From Nymphaea colorata (Eukaryota), in NCBI RefSeq assembly GCF_008831285.2, contig NC_045138.2, forward strand, positions 30,628,001-30,692,000: a stretch of DNA of 64,000 bases, given 5' to 3'. Below are positions 36,343 to 48,705 of this stretch, in pieces. A program made the translations under genes and the position numbers. How positions within the stretch are numbered: the first letter of the stretch is position 1; each line of letters begins with the position of its first letter. The notes below the pieces were generated by a model. It worked only from the letters and a program-made list of their open reading frames with translations, had not been told where the DNA came from and searched no databases.

Positions 36343-38920
36343 CTAGTATGCTACTCCACCAGAAAATACATCGACATCATGAAGGAGGCTCTCTGTCAAC
36401 CAATAACCATCCCAAGAACCGCCGACCCTCTGGTGAAAAGAGAATAAAGAATGATGTGACACAAGAACATTCTGCAAAGAAAGCAGCTTGATTGAATACT
36501 TACTTGAATCATCGTGAACTGGAAGGTTTCTTCCTCTTTTGGTCTTGCACCTCGAATCCAAACCCTTTGCTTAAAATGGTTCTGTTCCAAAGTTCACGCA
36601 TGAGAATGAGGTACAGCCATTCACGAATGAATGTCAGGAAGGCACATTAATGGGAAAATGAAAAGTTTTGACAGGATTCTCAATCGGGCAGTTGTCTCAT
36701 GAATATTGCATAATGTAAATAATGAGCTCTTGCCTAACCACTTGTGTACTTTTGTCAGTTAAGTGGATACAGATGACTCATAAATCCGGATGGAAATGAT
36801 GCTCAGAAATGAATATGTTGTTCTGTTGCAGCACATGTAGCTAGGTTGAATTTTTCATCAAAAAATCAACAAAGTTTGTGGACAAGGTGCAAAATCCAAG
36901 ACCACAAGGCAAGTCCCTGCAACATTTAATTGGACACGGCCCTACCTGGGTTCAGTCATCAAAGTAGGTCAAAGGTCGTAGAAACAAGGGTAGCTCCAAC
37001 CCTTACAAGAACAAACCTCCAAATATGCCAACACAAAGAGATTTCATGGTGGAATTATGTTACCTCTTCCACCCAAAAACTACTTAGGATCCTCCTCTCT
37101 TTGTGACACAACAGAGCACGATAAGCTGAATGGTGAAATATTCTCCTAAATCGCTCAAACTGCATGGAAACAAATTGTAAGTTAAATAAACAATTTTATC
37201 GAGTTCCCACGATCGTGATTTGAAATAATTACTGACCTGTCCCAAGTCAAAGAAGCGTCCAAAGTATGGAGATCTCTCAAAAGGATCAAAGCCAGCAAAC
37301 TGCTAAAAGAAAGTCCAATTTTCAGTGTTAGGATGACAGACAAGAATTTTTTGGAAAGATGAAGACTTCAAATATGCACATTACCCTGTACATGACCTCA
37401 ACACCATGATCCTGTCGAGGTTGATCGTTGTACTTTAATGCCTCAAGTTGGCACTGAATGGCTTCTTCTGCAGTGAACTATGACACCCCATCAAATTGGT
37501 ATAACAGCAAAATAATTAACTATCTACTTTTTATCCAGTCATGGAGGAGGGTCAAGGTTACATTTAGCCTGGGGCCAATAGGTCGTTTACTGCGAGATTC
37601 CACCCTGAAACAAAGAGACCCAAGTTTTCTTGATTCATAGAGAAAGAAAAGAAGCAGCTTCAAATCAACAAATATAATTTCATTTGTTCATCATTTGCAC
37701 ATATTTGCTAATGCCAAATCTGATAAATAAACCATCATGTCTAACAAGGCAAGAAAATGCTGGGATAATATCCCAAAAAATTTCAAGCAACAGTGACTCA
37801 TGGAGTGACAAAGAATAGATGAGATTAAATTGCAGAGAAGACGATACGCCTAACCCTCCAAATGTTTAACAACAGATCCAGAACCGACAGGCAAATTGAA
37901 ATTTGAAGGTGGAACTATTAAGAGCCTGAATAGTTTTCTTTTAGTAAAATTGTAGAGAGCGAGGAAGAAATGCAAAAGATAAAGATGAAAAGAGAAAATG
38001 ATTTAGTTCTAAAGAATAAAATGCCCCTTGACATAACATTCCAAGTAGCCAAACAAATTGGCAACAACTCCACAAAAAGTGCATTACCTATAAAGAAATG
38101 ATCACCCACAGAATTATAAGAAAATATTATTTGGAGGCGAATTTGCAGGCAATGACCAACTATTCAAAATGACTTGAACCTTCCAATTCTGTTGGACAAC
38201 CAGAGAAAATTATTTGACAGATTCTTTATCGACAGATCCTGCAAAAGCCAAGTCATTTCACTTAATCCAGTTGCCTATGTTTGTAAGAACCCAACAAAAC
38301 ACTTTCAAGTTTCAGAAATTACAAGACTTCCCTTTGATCATATCAAAAATTCGAACAAAAGTGACAGGATGAAACAATTCTTTGGGTTCAGAGGACAAAC
38401 TCTATCGTCGATAAAAGACGATAAAACTCCCAAATTAGTTTCGAGCCAACAAGATCAACACTATAACTGGGCATCGGAATACATTACGTGGGAGGAAGGG
38501 GTGACATGTTGGAGAAAATTTAACAATCTAAAAAGGAACAGAGTGGAAAATTCTTGTTTCGTAGTGAACCGGAGAGTTCAACTAGCTCGGTGAATACATC
38601 CATAGAGAAACAACGAAGTATGGATTCATCTTCCTCTCTGTTTGTTCAACGATTAAGGCTAGATGATTTCATGGAAATGGAGCTCACAATACTCAACGCC
38701 CCAACAAACGTCCGCAGAAAAAGCGAAAAATCCAAAAACCCGTAAGACAGAATCGAAGACGAACGTACCAATCCGAGGAGAAGAAATCTGGGACGGGAAC
38801 GTCGGAAGAAGTCATGCAACGCACGCTTGCAACGCGAGGCCTGTTAGATTGGTACCCGCAAGAAGATTTTCGGAAGGAGATCTTTGGTGGGAGGGAAGAA
38901 ATCGATAGACCCGACGCCAT
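36343..38920 (-). CDS. Uncharacterised, probably plastid-targeted protein, 203 aa. Exons 38920-38769, 37604-37562, 37477-37385, 37299-37237, 37159-37064, 36581-36504, 36429-36343
   Basis: Six GT-AG introns splice in frame to MASGLSISSLPPKISFRKSS...PDFFSSDWVESRSKRPIGPRLNFTAEEAIQCQLEALKYNDQPRQDHGVEVMYRFAGFDPFERSPYFGRFFDLGQFERFRRIFHHSAYRALLCHKERRILSSFWVEENHFKQRVWIRGARPKEEETFQFTMIQRVGGSWDGYWLTESLLHDVDVFSGGVAY*. The N-terminus is Ser/Arg-rich and acid-poor and ends in VRC/M, like a transit peptide. Confidence 0.9.
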
Positions 38921-39269
38921 GGAAGCAGTAAGAGCAGACGAGGATGATTGGCCGTCTACTTTCACGCAGAGAGAGGAGGAGGGAGAGGAAGAGGTGCGCG
39001 GACACACTTGGCACCAGAGGCAAAACAAGTGGTTTTGCTTGGCCCCGTCTTTTGGAATCTTTTGCCTTTTGGGTGGCCGGTGCTCGTACGCTCGTTCCAA
39101 AGCCTTTGGACGTGAGGCCCCAGCTTCTTCAATGGGGTCACCCAGATTTGTGGCCTCTGGTTCAACCACGCAACGGCCATACTAGTTCGATTTATTTGAC
39201 TGTAATCAATGTTCAAGTTTTAGTAGCTGCTTTTATTGAAAAATAAGACCTAGTTAATAATAAGACGTA

Positions 39270-41330
39270 GTTAATAATCTGATTGAGATTTCATATGCAG
39301 TTCAAAATTTGTAGATCAGCCTTAATATTCGTATCTCCTTATAACTTCGGGATGAGAACAAGATGTGAACGGTTTATTTTTGCGACCAATTGAGCAGTAG
39401 AAAAGAAATCCATAATAGTCTCAGTAACATCGTGACCAACTATATGCCAATGAGTTTTTAAAGAAACCTGCCGGAAATCTATCAAGGCCAGGTGCCTTGT
39501 CACTAGTAGATTGGAAGACCGGTCTTCTAATTTGCTCTGCGGTTATTGGTTTGTCAAGAAGAGCACACTCATTGATTGTTATTGCACCAGGTGTAGCTTC
39601 TATTGGTGTCGTCGATGACTCTTGAGGCCTTGCTGATTGAGACAATCATTGAAGACGTCACAACTTAGCTCAGATGGCGCCCAACCAGTTTTCTTAAACA
39701 CTCCATGCACAGAGTTGAAGTCTCCCAGCAAAGAAAGGGGGTTCCTAGAAGATCAAGACAGTCATTCAACTACAAAAACTCCTGCTTTCTAAGAGCCAGA
39801 TTTGGATTGAAGTAGATCCATGCAACAATGAAACTCACACCCGATTTTCTACAAGAGCAGTTTAGCATAACCCAAGCTCTATGAAAAAGGATGGGTTGAG
39901 CACGAACAGTTCTGGGGTCCCAGCATACAATCATGCGAGCAACATTATTGCAAAAAGAGGAGTTAGATACGAAAGCAATATGTGTGAGGTTTCGTTTCCA
40001 CACAGAGACTTTCTCCTCTGAGAGGAGAGGATCAACAAAAAAACACATACATAAGGAAAGAAGGGGAAAAAGAGATCGGAGGACCTGGGATTAAGAATCA
40101 GCAGGTGGCTCCTTCTCATCACTTCCATCATCTTGTAAATGGGTATTGAGTCGCAAGTCCTCTTTTTTAGCTAAAACTTCATCAGTCTGCAATGATCGCT
40201 GGGGTGGACGATCGTCGGCATCCATGGTGGTTGCCTGAATCATCTCCCCAGCATCTGACTTGGATTCATGTTCGACGGTAGGGTCAGGTGGGTGGACCAA
40301 TATGTTATCCTGATCCATAAATTGAGATTTCCCCCTGGTTCATCTCTGTCAAACTGCTGGTGAACATCAATTTCATGCCAATACCCTGTTTTCCTTCCCA
40401 ACAAAATAGAGGGAGGAATATTTCTCACATCCTCTAGTGGTTTACGCGCTCTCTTGCATTGTCCATGCTCCGTCTGCTCATTGGGGTCCACCTGAACAGA
40501 TTTTGAGAGAGGCCCTTGACACGGCGGTTTATGCAGCTGTGTTGCCCCCCTCGCCGCAAGTGCAGCCCTAATGCATTCCTAGAGTCCCCTGACATGGAGT
40601 TTGCCGTCTTCTCTCCAAAAACAAAAGGTTCACCAGTAATCGGAAATCCTGGAGGAAAATTTAGCTCTGGAGTTGGAGGATTGGACATGTTGTCGTTCTG
40701 CTTCTCCAATTCAAAAGGGAATGTCTTCCCCAAAGCATGTCCACTAGTAGAACTCGGTTGTCCTTCAGTCGAAGCAGAAACTCGAGGGAAATTTCTGTTT
40801 AACGAGGCTGGATTGATGAACCGCATCTTGGACTTCACGATCGCCCTCTGATCTGGTAAATCATCAGTTTGGAGAGCATTGAATCTATTGAGGTTGGGCG
40901 TCGGGGGCTTATAGTTTCCGGGAAGGATTTTTTGCGGTAATTCTGCTGCCTCAGCACTGTAACCTCCGTCCAACCAGAGGATGAGGGTCGTGAGAGATGC
41001 ACAGTTGGGGTTTTCCCGTCACCGACTGGGCACTCCTCAGATGATGGGAGGTAGCTTTACATTTTGCCCAGATTGTGAGGCAGCCTCAAATAACTACACT
41101 ACCGCTTTTCTCCATGAATTTGAGAGGCACTGCTATCCTAATCCTGGCGTACTCCACTCCGGCAACATCCCGCCCAAGTCACGAGATGCTGCCTCGAAGA
41201 TATGCGGGCTCCACAAGCAGGTGGGGAGCTCGAGCAATCGAATCCACAGAGGAATTTTTACCGTAGATTTCTGTGGCAGCGCAAACCCTGTGAGAGAGGA
41301 TCAGGTAAGCCAGTAGGTCACTCCCAACTT
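39270..41330 (-). mobile_element. Decayed L1-type LINE fragment (part of ORF1, endonuclease, start of the RT region)
   Basis: Minus-strand motifs in the expected order: KIPLWIRLLELP..LW and EYARIRIAVPL (ORF1), a zinc-knuckle-like remnant, LLGDFNSV (APE endonuclease, ~39720), KAPGLDRFPAGFF, and DFF...INRSHLVLIPK (pre-RT). Many stops, frameshifts and deletions. Confidence 0.85.
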
Positions 41331-41403
41331 AAAACACAAACTATATATATCATATCGTTGGCTCGTGAATTGCTTGAATCCTTTTGGATCACTTCAAAAC
41401 CTG

Positions 41404-41580
41404 GCCACGAGTCAAGGTTAGTCTAGCTCGCCCCTGACTCGGCTTGAACTCAACCCTTGACTCATCCTAACTCGCCTGATTCGTGTCATTTTAAAACTCT
41501 ACTGAGTTGACGAGTCTACTCACAACCATTGACCCCGTTATTAAATGATTCGAGTTTGAGTCACGAGTTTGCCAACTATG
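41404..41580. mobile_element. Fragment of a hAT-like element (one end)
   Basis: GAGTC/GACTC subterminal motifs ending GAGTTTGCCAACTATG (CATAGTT-type terminus). The other end was not found. Confidence 0.5.
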
Positions 41581-42137
41581 CTATATCTGGGGTCTGGCTT
41601 CTTCCTCGTGTCAAAGCCGGAAAAGGTGGTTATTGAACACATGCATGCGTGCATACGCACATTCTCCTTTGGATGGTAGGATTTTTGTCCCACTCACTCA
41701 TTTTATATAGGTAGATATTAGATACAACATGCAAGTCATTTTCAATCGAAGCATAATATTTAGATAACATCTTTCGTATCACAATTCAACTCATAGTCAA
41801 TTATTATAAATTACAAACGAAACGGGGGGCGTCGCTAAAGGTCGCCGAGATTGTGACGACCTGTATTCCAGTTGTCCAATTAAGGATGGCCAAAAAATAT
41901 TAAAAAAAAAATAGATGAACCTTTTGGAATTAAATTGGACGCCTCCCATACATGGGGATGGGACTCCCATCCCGCCAGCAATTCAAGTCAGGCTGGGGTC
42001 GACCCGACACCTACCTAGCTCAAACTAGATCAAGTCTGGGCTCGTCCAGATTAGATGTGATTTTAATAAAACCAATATTTAAAACATAATATATATATTT
42101 ATAATGAAATATATGTATAAATATAATTAAAATAAAG

Positions 42138-42177
<40 letters not shown>

Positions 42178-42610
42178 TGGCAGACTCAAGTTGAGTCTGG
42201 CCCTTAAAGTTGTTGACTTTAAGATTGGGTGTCCAAAAGGTAATCGGGTACCCGGTCCAACACCCACCCTACTTAAAAAAAAACATGAAATTTTGGTGAG
42301 TAATTTGATTTAGTTCATCTTTTAGGCCCCGTTTGACACAGAGGGAATTTCTTGTGCATCGGGTAAAATATCCGATTTTGCATGGCTTTTCTGTTACATT
42401 CAAACACAGGAAAATTTACCACTCATTTTTGTTAGATGAGGGTAAAATTAACCTAGAAAAAAGTCAGATCTATGGAGGTCTGACTTTTTACGGTCCATAT
42501 TATTTTTGCCCATTAGGGCTTCCTCTAATCTCTCTTTCTCACTACCTGATTGCCATCTTCTTTGTCACTCTAGGCTCCTCTATGGAAGCTGCAACATCAG
42601 GTGCTTCTTC

Positions 42611-44633
42611 TTTTGCGACGGTCTAGAAAGCTTGTGCTGGTCTGGGTTGCGTAAAATTTGGTAGTAGTGTGCACGCTTGCTTAGTGAAGATGGGTTTGGA
42701 TCTGGATGTGTTTGTGATGGGGTGTGTCGTTGACATGTACTCAAAATGTGGGAATTTGCAGGAGGCCCGTCGAGCTTTTGATAACATTGCCAATAGAGAT
42801 ATTGTGGCTTGGAACACCATGATCAGTGGCTACGTACAGAATGGTGTTGGTGAAGAAGCAATTGAACTCTACTGCCAAATGCCCCTTCAAGGTTTTATTC
42901 CTAACAACATAACATACGCGAGCATTCTCAAGGCAGTGGCCATTCTGGAGGATGGTGTACTATGCAAGTATTTACATCCACTAGTGATTAAAAGTGGGTT
43001 TCTTTCAGATGTTTATGTAGGCACAGCTCTTGTGGATGCATATGCAAAATCTCTGCTGCTGGAGGACGCGGAGAAAGCAGATACAGAGATGCGGTAAAGG
43101 AATTTGGTCTCATGGAATGCGCTCATAACTGGATACAGTCTTGCAGGGAAGTACAAAGACGCCATGAATCTTTACTGTCAAATGCAAAAGGTTCCAATAA
43201 GGCCAGACCCCTATACATTCACTGGCCTTCTTTCTTCATGTTCTATGTCTAAAGCATTGGCTGAAGGTAGTCAACTTCATGCTCATTCCATTAAGATTGG
43301 TTTAGATTCTAATGTGTCAGTTGGCAATGCTTTGCTGGATTTGTACTCGAAATGTGGGTCGGTAGATGATGCGTCAAGGGCCTTTCAATGTATTGATGTC
43401 CCCAATTCTATTTCCTGGGCTGCAATTATATCAGCCTTTGTGCACAACGGTGGGGAGGAGAGTGCAGTCCTGTATTTCAGTGAAATGCATAGAATTTTCA
43501 AAAACTTTGATGAGTTCTCATGCAGCAGTGTCTTAAAGGCATCAGCTAGTTGTGCAGTATTGGAACAGGGGAAACAAATTCATGTACATGTGGTAAAATC
43601 TGGTCTCGAATCATCTCTATACGTTGGAAGTGCTCTTATTGATATGTATTCGAAGTGTGGTAGATTGGAAGATGCATACAGGGTCTTCAAAATCATGCCT
43701 GAAAAGAATGTTGTTTCGTTGAATTCTATGATAATGTGTTTTGCTCAACATGGCCATAGCGAGCAAGCTCTGTATCTATTTGAGGAGATGCAGAAACTTG
43801 GCATACTACCAACATCCATCACCTTCATTGGTGTACTTTTTGCGTGCAGTCATGCTGGTTTGGTTGAAAAAGGACGTGAATACTTTGACATGGTGGTCTC
43901 CAACCATAGGATTTCACCAACAATCGAGCATTACACGTGCGTGGTTGACCTTCTTGGTCGTGCTGGCCTTCTAAATGAAGCAGAGATATTTCTCAAGAAT
44001 TCTCCCTTTGCATTTGAAGCTTTGATCTGGCGTTCTCTCCTTTCTGCTTGCAGGCTCCACAAGGATACAGTTGTTGGCAGTCGTGCAGCTGATCATTGTC
44101 TACTATTGGACCCATGTGAACCTTCAACTTATGTGCTTTTGTCAAATATGTACGCATCAAGGGATCGATGGGATGATGTGACAAGAATAAGAGCTTCGAT
44201 GAAAGAAATGGATCTTGAAAAAGAGCCAGGATGCAGTTGGATAGAGGTCAGAGACAAGGTTCATATATTTGTGGTGGATGACAAGTTTCATCCTCTTAAG
44301 GAGGAGATATATGACAAGTTGGACATGCTGATGCCACAAATGAAGATGGCTGGTTACATACCTGATTTAAGCTTTGTTCTCCATGATGTTGATGATGAGT
44401 CCAAAGAACAATGCCTTCTTCATCACAGTGAAAAATTGGCTATTGCATTTGGATTGATTTCTACAGCACACCCAGTACCAGTTAGGATTTTCAAGAACCT
44501 GAGAGTCTGCGGTGATTGCCATGCTGCTCCAAAATATATATCTAGAATTGCGGCACGAGAAATAATAATCCGAGACACCAATCGATTCCATCATTTCATT
44601 GATGGCATATGTTCTTGCGGGGATTACTGGTGA
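42611..44633 (+). pseudogene. 5'-truncated duplicate of the PPR-DYW gene with two nonsense mutations
   Basis: Collinear with 52369-54391 at a constant offset of 9758 bp. CAG>TAG at 42624-42626 and TAC>TAA at 43095-43097. Lacks the first ~280 codons. Homology continues about 420 bp past the stop codon. Confidence 0.92.
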
Positions 44634-46075
44634 TATGTTGTTTAATTGGACGAGTGGTTGGATCTTTCTATATGTGGAGGGGTTATGCAGCCAACTGTCT
44701 TGGCTGCTAATCCACTTTGGAGTTGCTTTGATTAAACATGTTCCGAAGGCAATTCACACCTACTGGAACGAGGTACAGGGAGGAAACCTTGTTGGCATTC
44801 GAACGTCATCTGTTTACTCGTTAGATGAATTGCAGCGAGGATGATTCAGATACTGTATGATCACACAGAGTTATTTGACTGCTGCCTTTTCTGCAGTAGA
44901 TGGAAGCATAGTTCCTCGCTTCTTAGTTTATCGACATTGGACAGTTTCATTGTCGGAATGGCTAGGAGGAAAGATTCTGGTAAACTTATATTGCTATTGG
45001 CTCATGGAAAAACAGGAAAAAGTACACTATGAAGATGAAGATGATAGCAAACCTTGGAGGTGATACTCCATCAATGAGGAGTTGTTCTCCTGTCAACTGA
45101 TCAACATAGGATGTTAAACGTGGATAAAAGGTCTTCTGATCGAATACATATGATAGCGGTGGGTTTAGATTATATGATTAACGAAATTTTTTCATAACCT
45201 AGTGAAATAAAAAAATGATTTGTATTAATTTATGAAATCACACCAATAATTTTGATGTGCTTGCATCTCTCTCTCTCTCCAGTTCCTTTCATAGTTATGG
45301 AGCTTGGGGTGCCTTGATATGAGGGAGCGTGTGTTAATGTAGTTTCACGTGAATGAACTTTCATAGGAAACATGTCTTCTAATTGCATGCAGGCACAAAG
45401 TTTTTATCAGGTCCACGTTCACCATCCTTAATGCCAGATCAAGCCCGAACTTGCTCATCCTTCTAGACATCCCTTCTTGATTCTTCAACGTGCATCATTA
45501 ATATAGACCAATATAAGTAAGGGAGATATAGGAAAATTGAACGATGACTATAGTTTTTTAGAGTTACCTAGTCACCTAATGTCCACCATATGATCCAACA
45601 CGATGAACAGTTAAAAGGAAAATAAAAATAACAATGTGATGTGATTTTCATTTTATAATATTAATTCACAACTTTTTTTTTCTCAACCATCGTCCGCTTT
45701 AAATGGACTGCGCTTTGATTAGATGGCTTGGTGTCTTTAGATGGTTGGACTCATCATTCACTCACTCGAAAATTAAATGGTGATTTTAGCTTTTTAGAAT
45801 CACCGAATCGTTTAATTTGCACCATCCGATCAAACATGACAAATAGTTAAGAGAAAAATCAGGAGAAAAAGTGATGGACATTTTCACATTCTAATATAAG
45901 TTTGCACCTTTTTCTTTTCTTTTTTTTTTCTTTTGACGATCCATGTGCTTTAGATTGATGGTATTGGTTAAAATCTTTATAAAATTTGGCCTACATATTA
46001 TATTTTCATTAAATTTTTAATTATTTAGTTTTGGCTTTTTCGTATTCATAGGTACGCTTGGATTCATAGAAGCCA

Positions 46076-46289
46076 GTAAACAAACTGCCCGGCTAGGCCT
46101 ACGCATCAGGCCAGACCTCCCAAACCCGGGCCCCGCCCGATGCTCGAAACCTGAGCTCAGCTCAGCCCAATATTTTTTTTATAATCTTGATTAATATATA
46201 TTATTAATAAAATAAAAAATAATATTAAAATTTGATCGGTCGGACCCGAGCCTGCCCCAAGCCTGATCGTCCGGGGTAGCCAGCACTGC
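46076..46289. mobile_element. Degenerate hAT-like MITE with CAGT...CACTG ends
   Basis: GC-rich CCCGG/GGCCC subterminal blocks flank an AT-rich core; ends GCCAGCACTG. Confidence 0.45.
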
Positions 46290-48705
46290 ATGCAGATGCA
46301 TGTGGACATCGATATCTAGTGGCTTTACATTTATTTGTCATGTATTTATGTGGAAAACAAGATGCTGATTTTACGAATGCAACGACATTGAAGACTAAGT
46401 TCATCGTTATCTGCAATATTGAATGTTCTACAATAAACTTTCGTTTGACAAATAGATCAAGAAAAACAATCTAGGTTGTTGGAATTGGTGTTGTCATAAT
46501 TTAGTTTGGCTAAAATAAAAGCACGAGATGAGACGGTAACAGGTTATCTTTGTCAAAATTATGCTTTACCCAATAATTTTTATTCTTAATAAAGTCAGGA
46601 TTGCCTAAAGTACCAAATTTTTATACACTTGAAGTCATTGGTGTCTTATAGTCTTGTTCGTTCATCTTTACAAATTAAATGGAGCGGCTATATTTCTAGG
46701 CATGAAAAGCCTGAACTAGTCATGTAGCTGTTTTTAGTATGCTTTTATATAATATTAAGTGCAGCCACCTTCACTGTGCAACGAAATTTAAGCTTTTGAT
46801 GCAGTGGAAATCTAACTCCAATTGCAAAAGTCTTAGGTGCCAACCAAATCATTGGATGGTCCAACAAAGGACCTTATGTTGTTTATTTTCAAACCAAACA
46901 AAAATATGCATGACTTTGTCCAAAAGAAGAACAGATTTTTAAGTCTCAATATTGCTGTCACGGGCCGGCTTTTTCAAGCTCTGCTTGGCCTGCGCGGCGC
47001 CGAAGGCGTTCCCCACTGGATGTCATTAAGCAAGGCGGCCGACCATCGCTCTACTCGACGATGAGCATTCACTTGCTCACCCCCGCGTGACTCTACGTGG
47101 TCGTGCAACGCAGCGTATACGCCCACTGGGGGAATTGCCCCCAACCCACGCGCACCCCCGTGTGTATCCAAACACTACGTGTGGGGAACCCACTGGATTC
47201 CCCAACGACGGACTTTCACTTTCAAAGGGACGGTTCACTTTGATGCATTGATTCGCTTCGTCGCTGCACTACCGCGATGCATATTCCACGTGCATTGCTT
47301 TTTGCTTGACTTAGCGTTCGATTGATCCAACTATGCTTAAGCTGGCCAAGCAGCATCACCTTTTACTGCCAGGCCAGACACAATCGGCCGGCAACAATTG
47401 CAATAGAGAAGAAAAATTGGTGCACAACAGAGGGAGGTGCTTACTTCACGACTAGAATACTTAGCATACTAATTATACTTCCGAAAAGGAAACAAAATTC
47501 CTGACCTACGTTGCTCATCATTCAATCTGAAAGACTAAAGCCTTTATACTGTGGCAACACAAACTTTTACGTGTACCAATTCCGACGTCTAAACTGTAAG
47601 CAAATCTCATGCTATGAACAGGAGCTTTACATCTACCGTGTCGTCTAAACTTAACAAATCTTCGAGGGTAGGGGAATCTCAGAACGGAGCAGTAAGGGGT
47701 TCTTCAATGTGGGTTTTCTCAAGGATTTCTTCTCCACCATCACCAATCGAAGCATACAACTCGCAGGGTACACTGGTATTCCCTTCTATGCTCTGGATCA
47801 ATCTTCCCAGCATTTCTTCCCTTCCCGTGTCCTCCACTGGCTTCATCCCCTGCACGCCAATTTCCCATAAAGAAGCTGCAACAAAAGCAAAACTTTCCGG
47901 ATGGTTTTCTCTCTATATTATCACGAAAATCGCATGGCAGATCGAGGGAGGCGATCTAGAACGAAGAACATTTACTGGGGGGGAATGGTTGGAACAATTT
48001 AGGGTTCGTAAGAGTTTTCCCCCAAAAAATTTCCTTCTTTTTGGTTTCTTGAAAAAGGGGAAAGAATTTTATGGGAAGCCCTAACATCAGCAATGATAAC
48101 TAAGCACCCAAATCAAACTATTACGTACCTTTAACCCATGCCGCTTGAAGCCTCTTTTTATACTTTTTCTGTTGACAAACTTGGTTTTTCTAGATGGAGC
48201 CGGATATTTCAATTTTTCATTATCTCAAACAGGTTGGGGGTTGATAATCGTCGCCGTCAATCGGTTCAATCAATAGCAGTTCAATTTTAGGTTCAAGGCC
48301 TTTCTGCCCTTTCTCGTTACCAATTACAAATTTCGGACTTAGGTTCATCCCACACTGCGTTGGCTTTTTCATTCACCTCATTTTGTTCTTTCATTATCAT
48401 AAAATCGGCAGAAAGAGAACTCAAGCATTTCTACGGTGAACATTGGTGTTTGAGGCTCTTACAGCTTTTACTTAGACAACAAACTTACCAAGCAGATACG
48501 TATTTAAATTTTATAAGTCGCCAAAGTAAGATTGTTATTTTATATGTGAAACTTCTCAATTTTTTTGTCAAAAAACTCTTATTTTAATCACTTTGATGCA
48601 TGGTTTAGCTGGTTGGGCTTGTTAGTGTCAAGATGAACATAAGTTGTCTCCTCGCAAATACCGCCCTAGACCTTGTAGAGCAAAGGGGAAAGGGAAAGAG
48701 GGCTT

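Noticed and set aside
35200..38110. Apparent second LINE (LATWNV..RG, PPP...KF and IMESD words on the minus strand)
   Set aside because: The interval holds the introns, exons and 3' flank of the 7-exon plastid-protein gene. The words are short and not backed by RT motifs.
47614..48084. 156-aa plus-strand ORF and a 55-aa minus-strand ORF
   Set aside because: No recognisable motifs or supporting exon chain; probably transposon-derived or non-coding.
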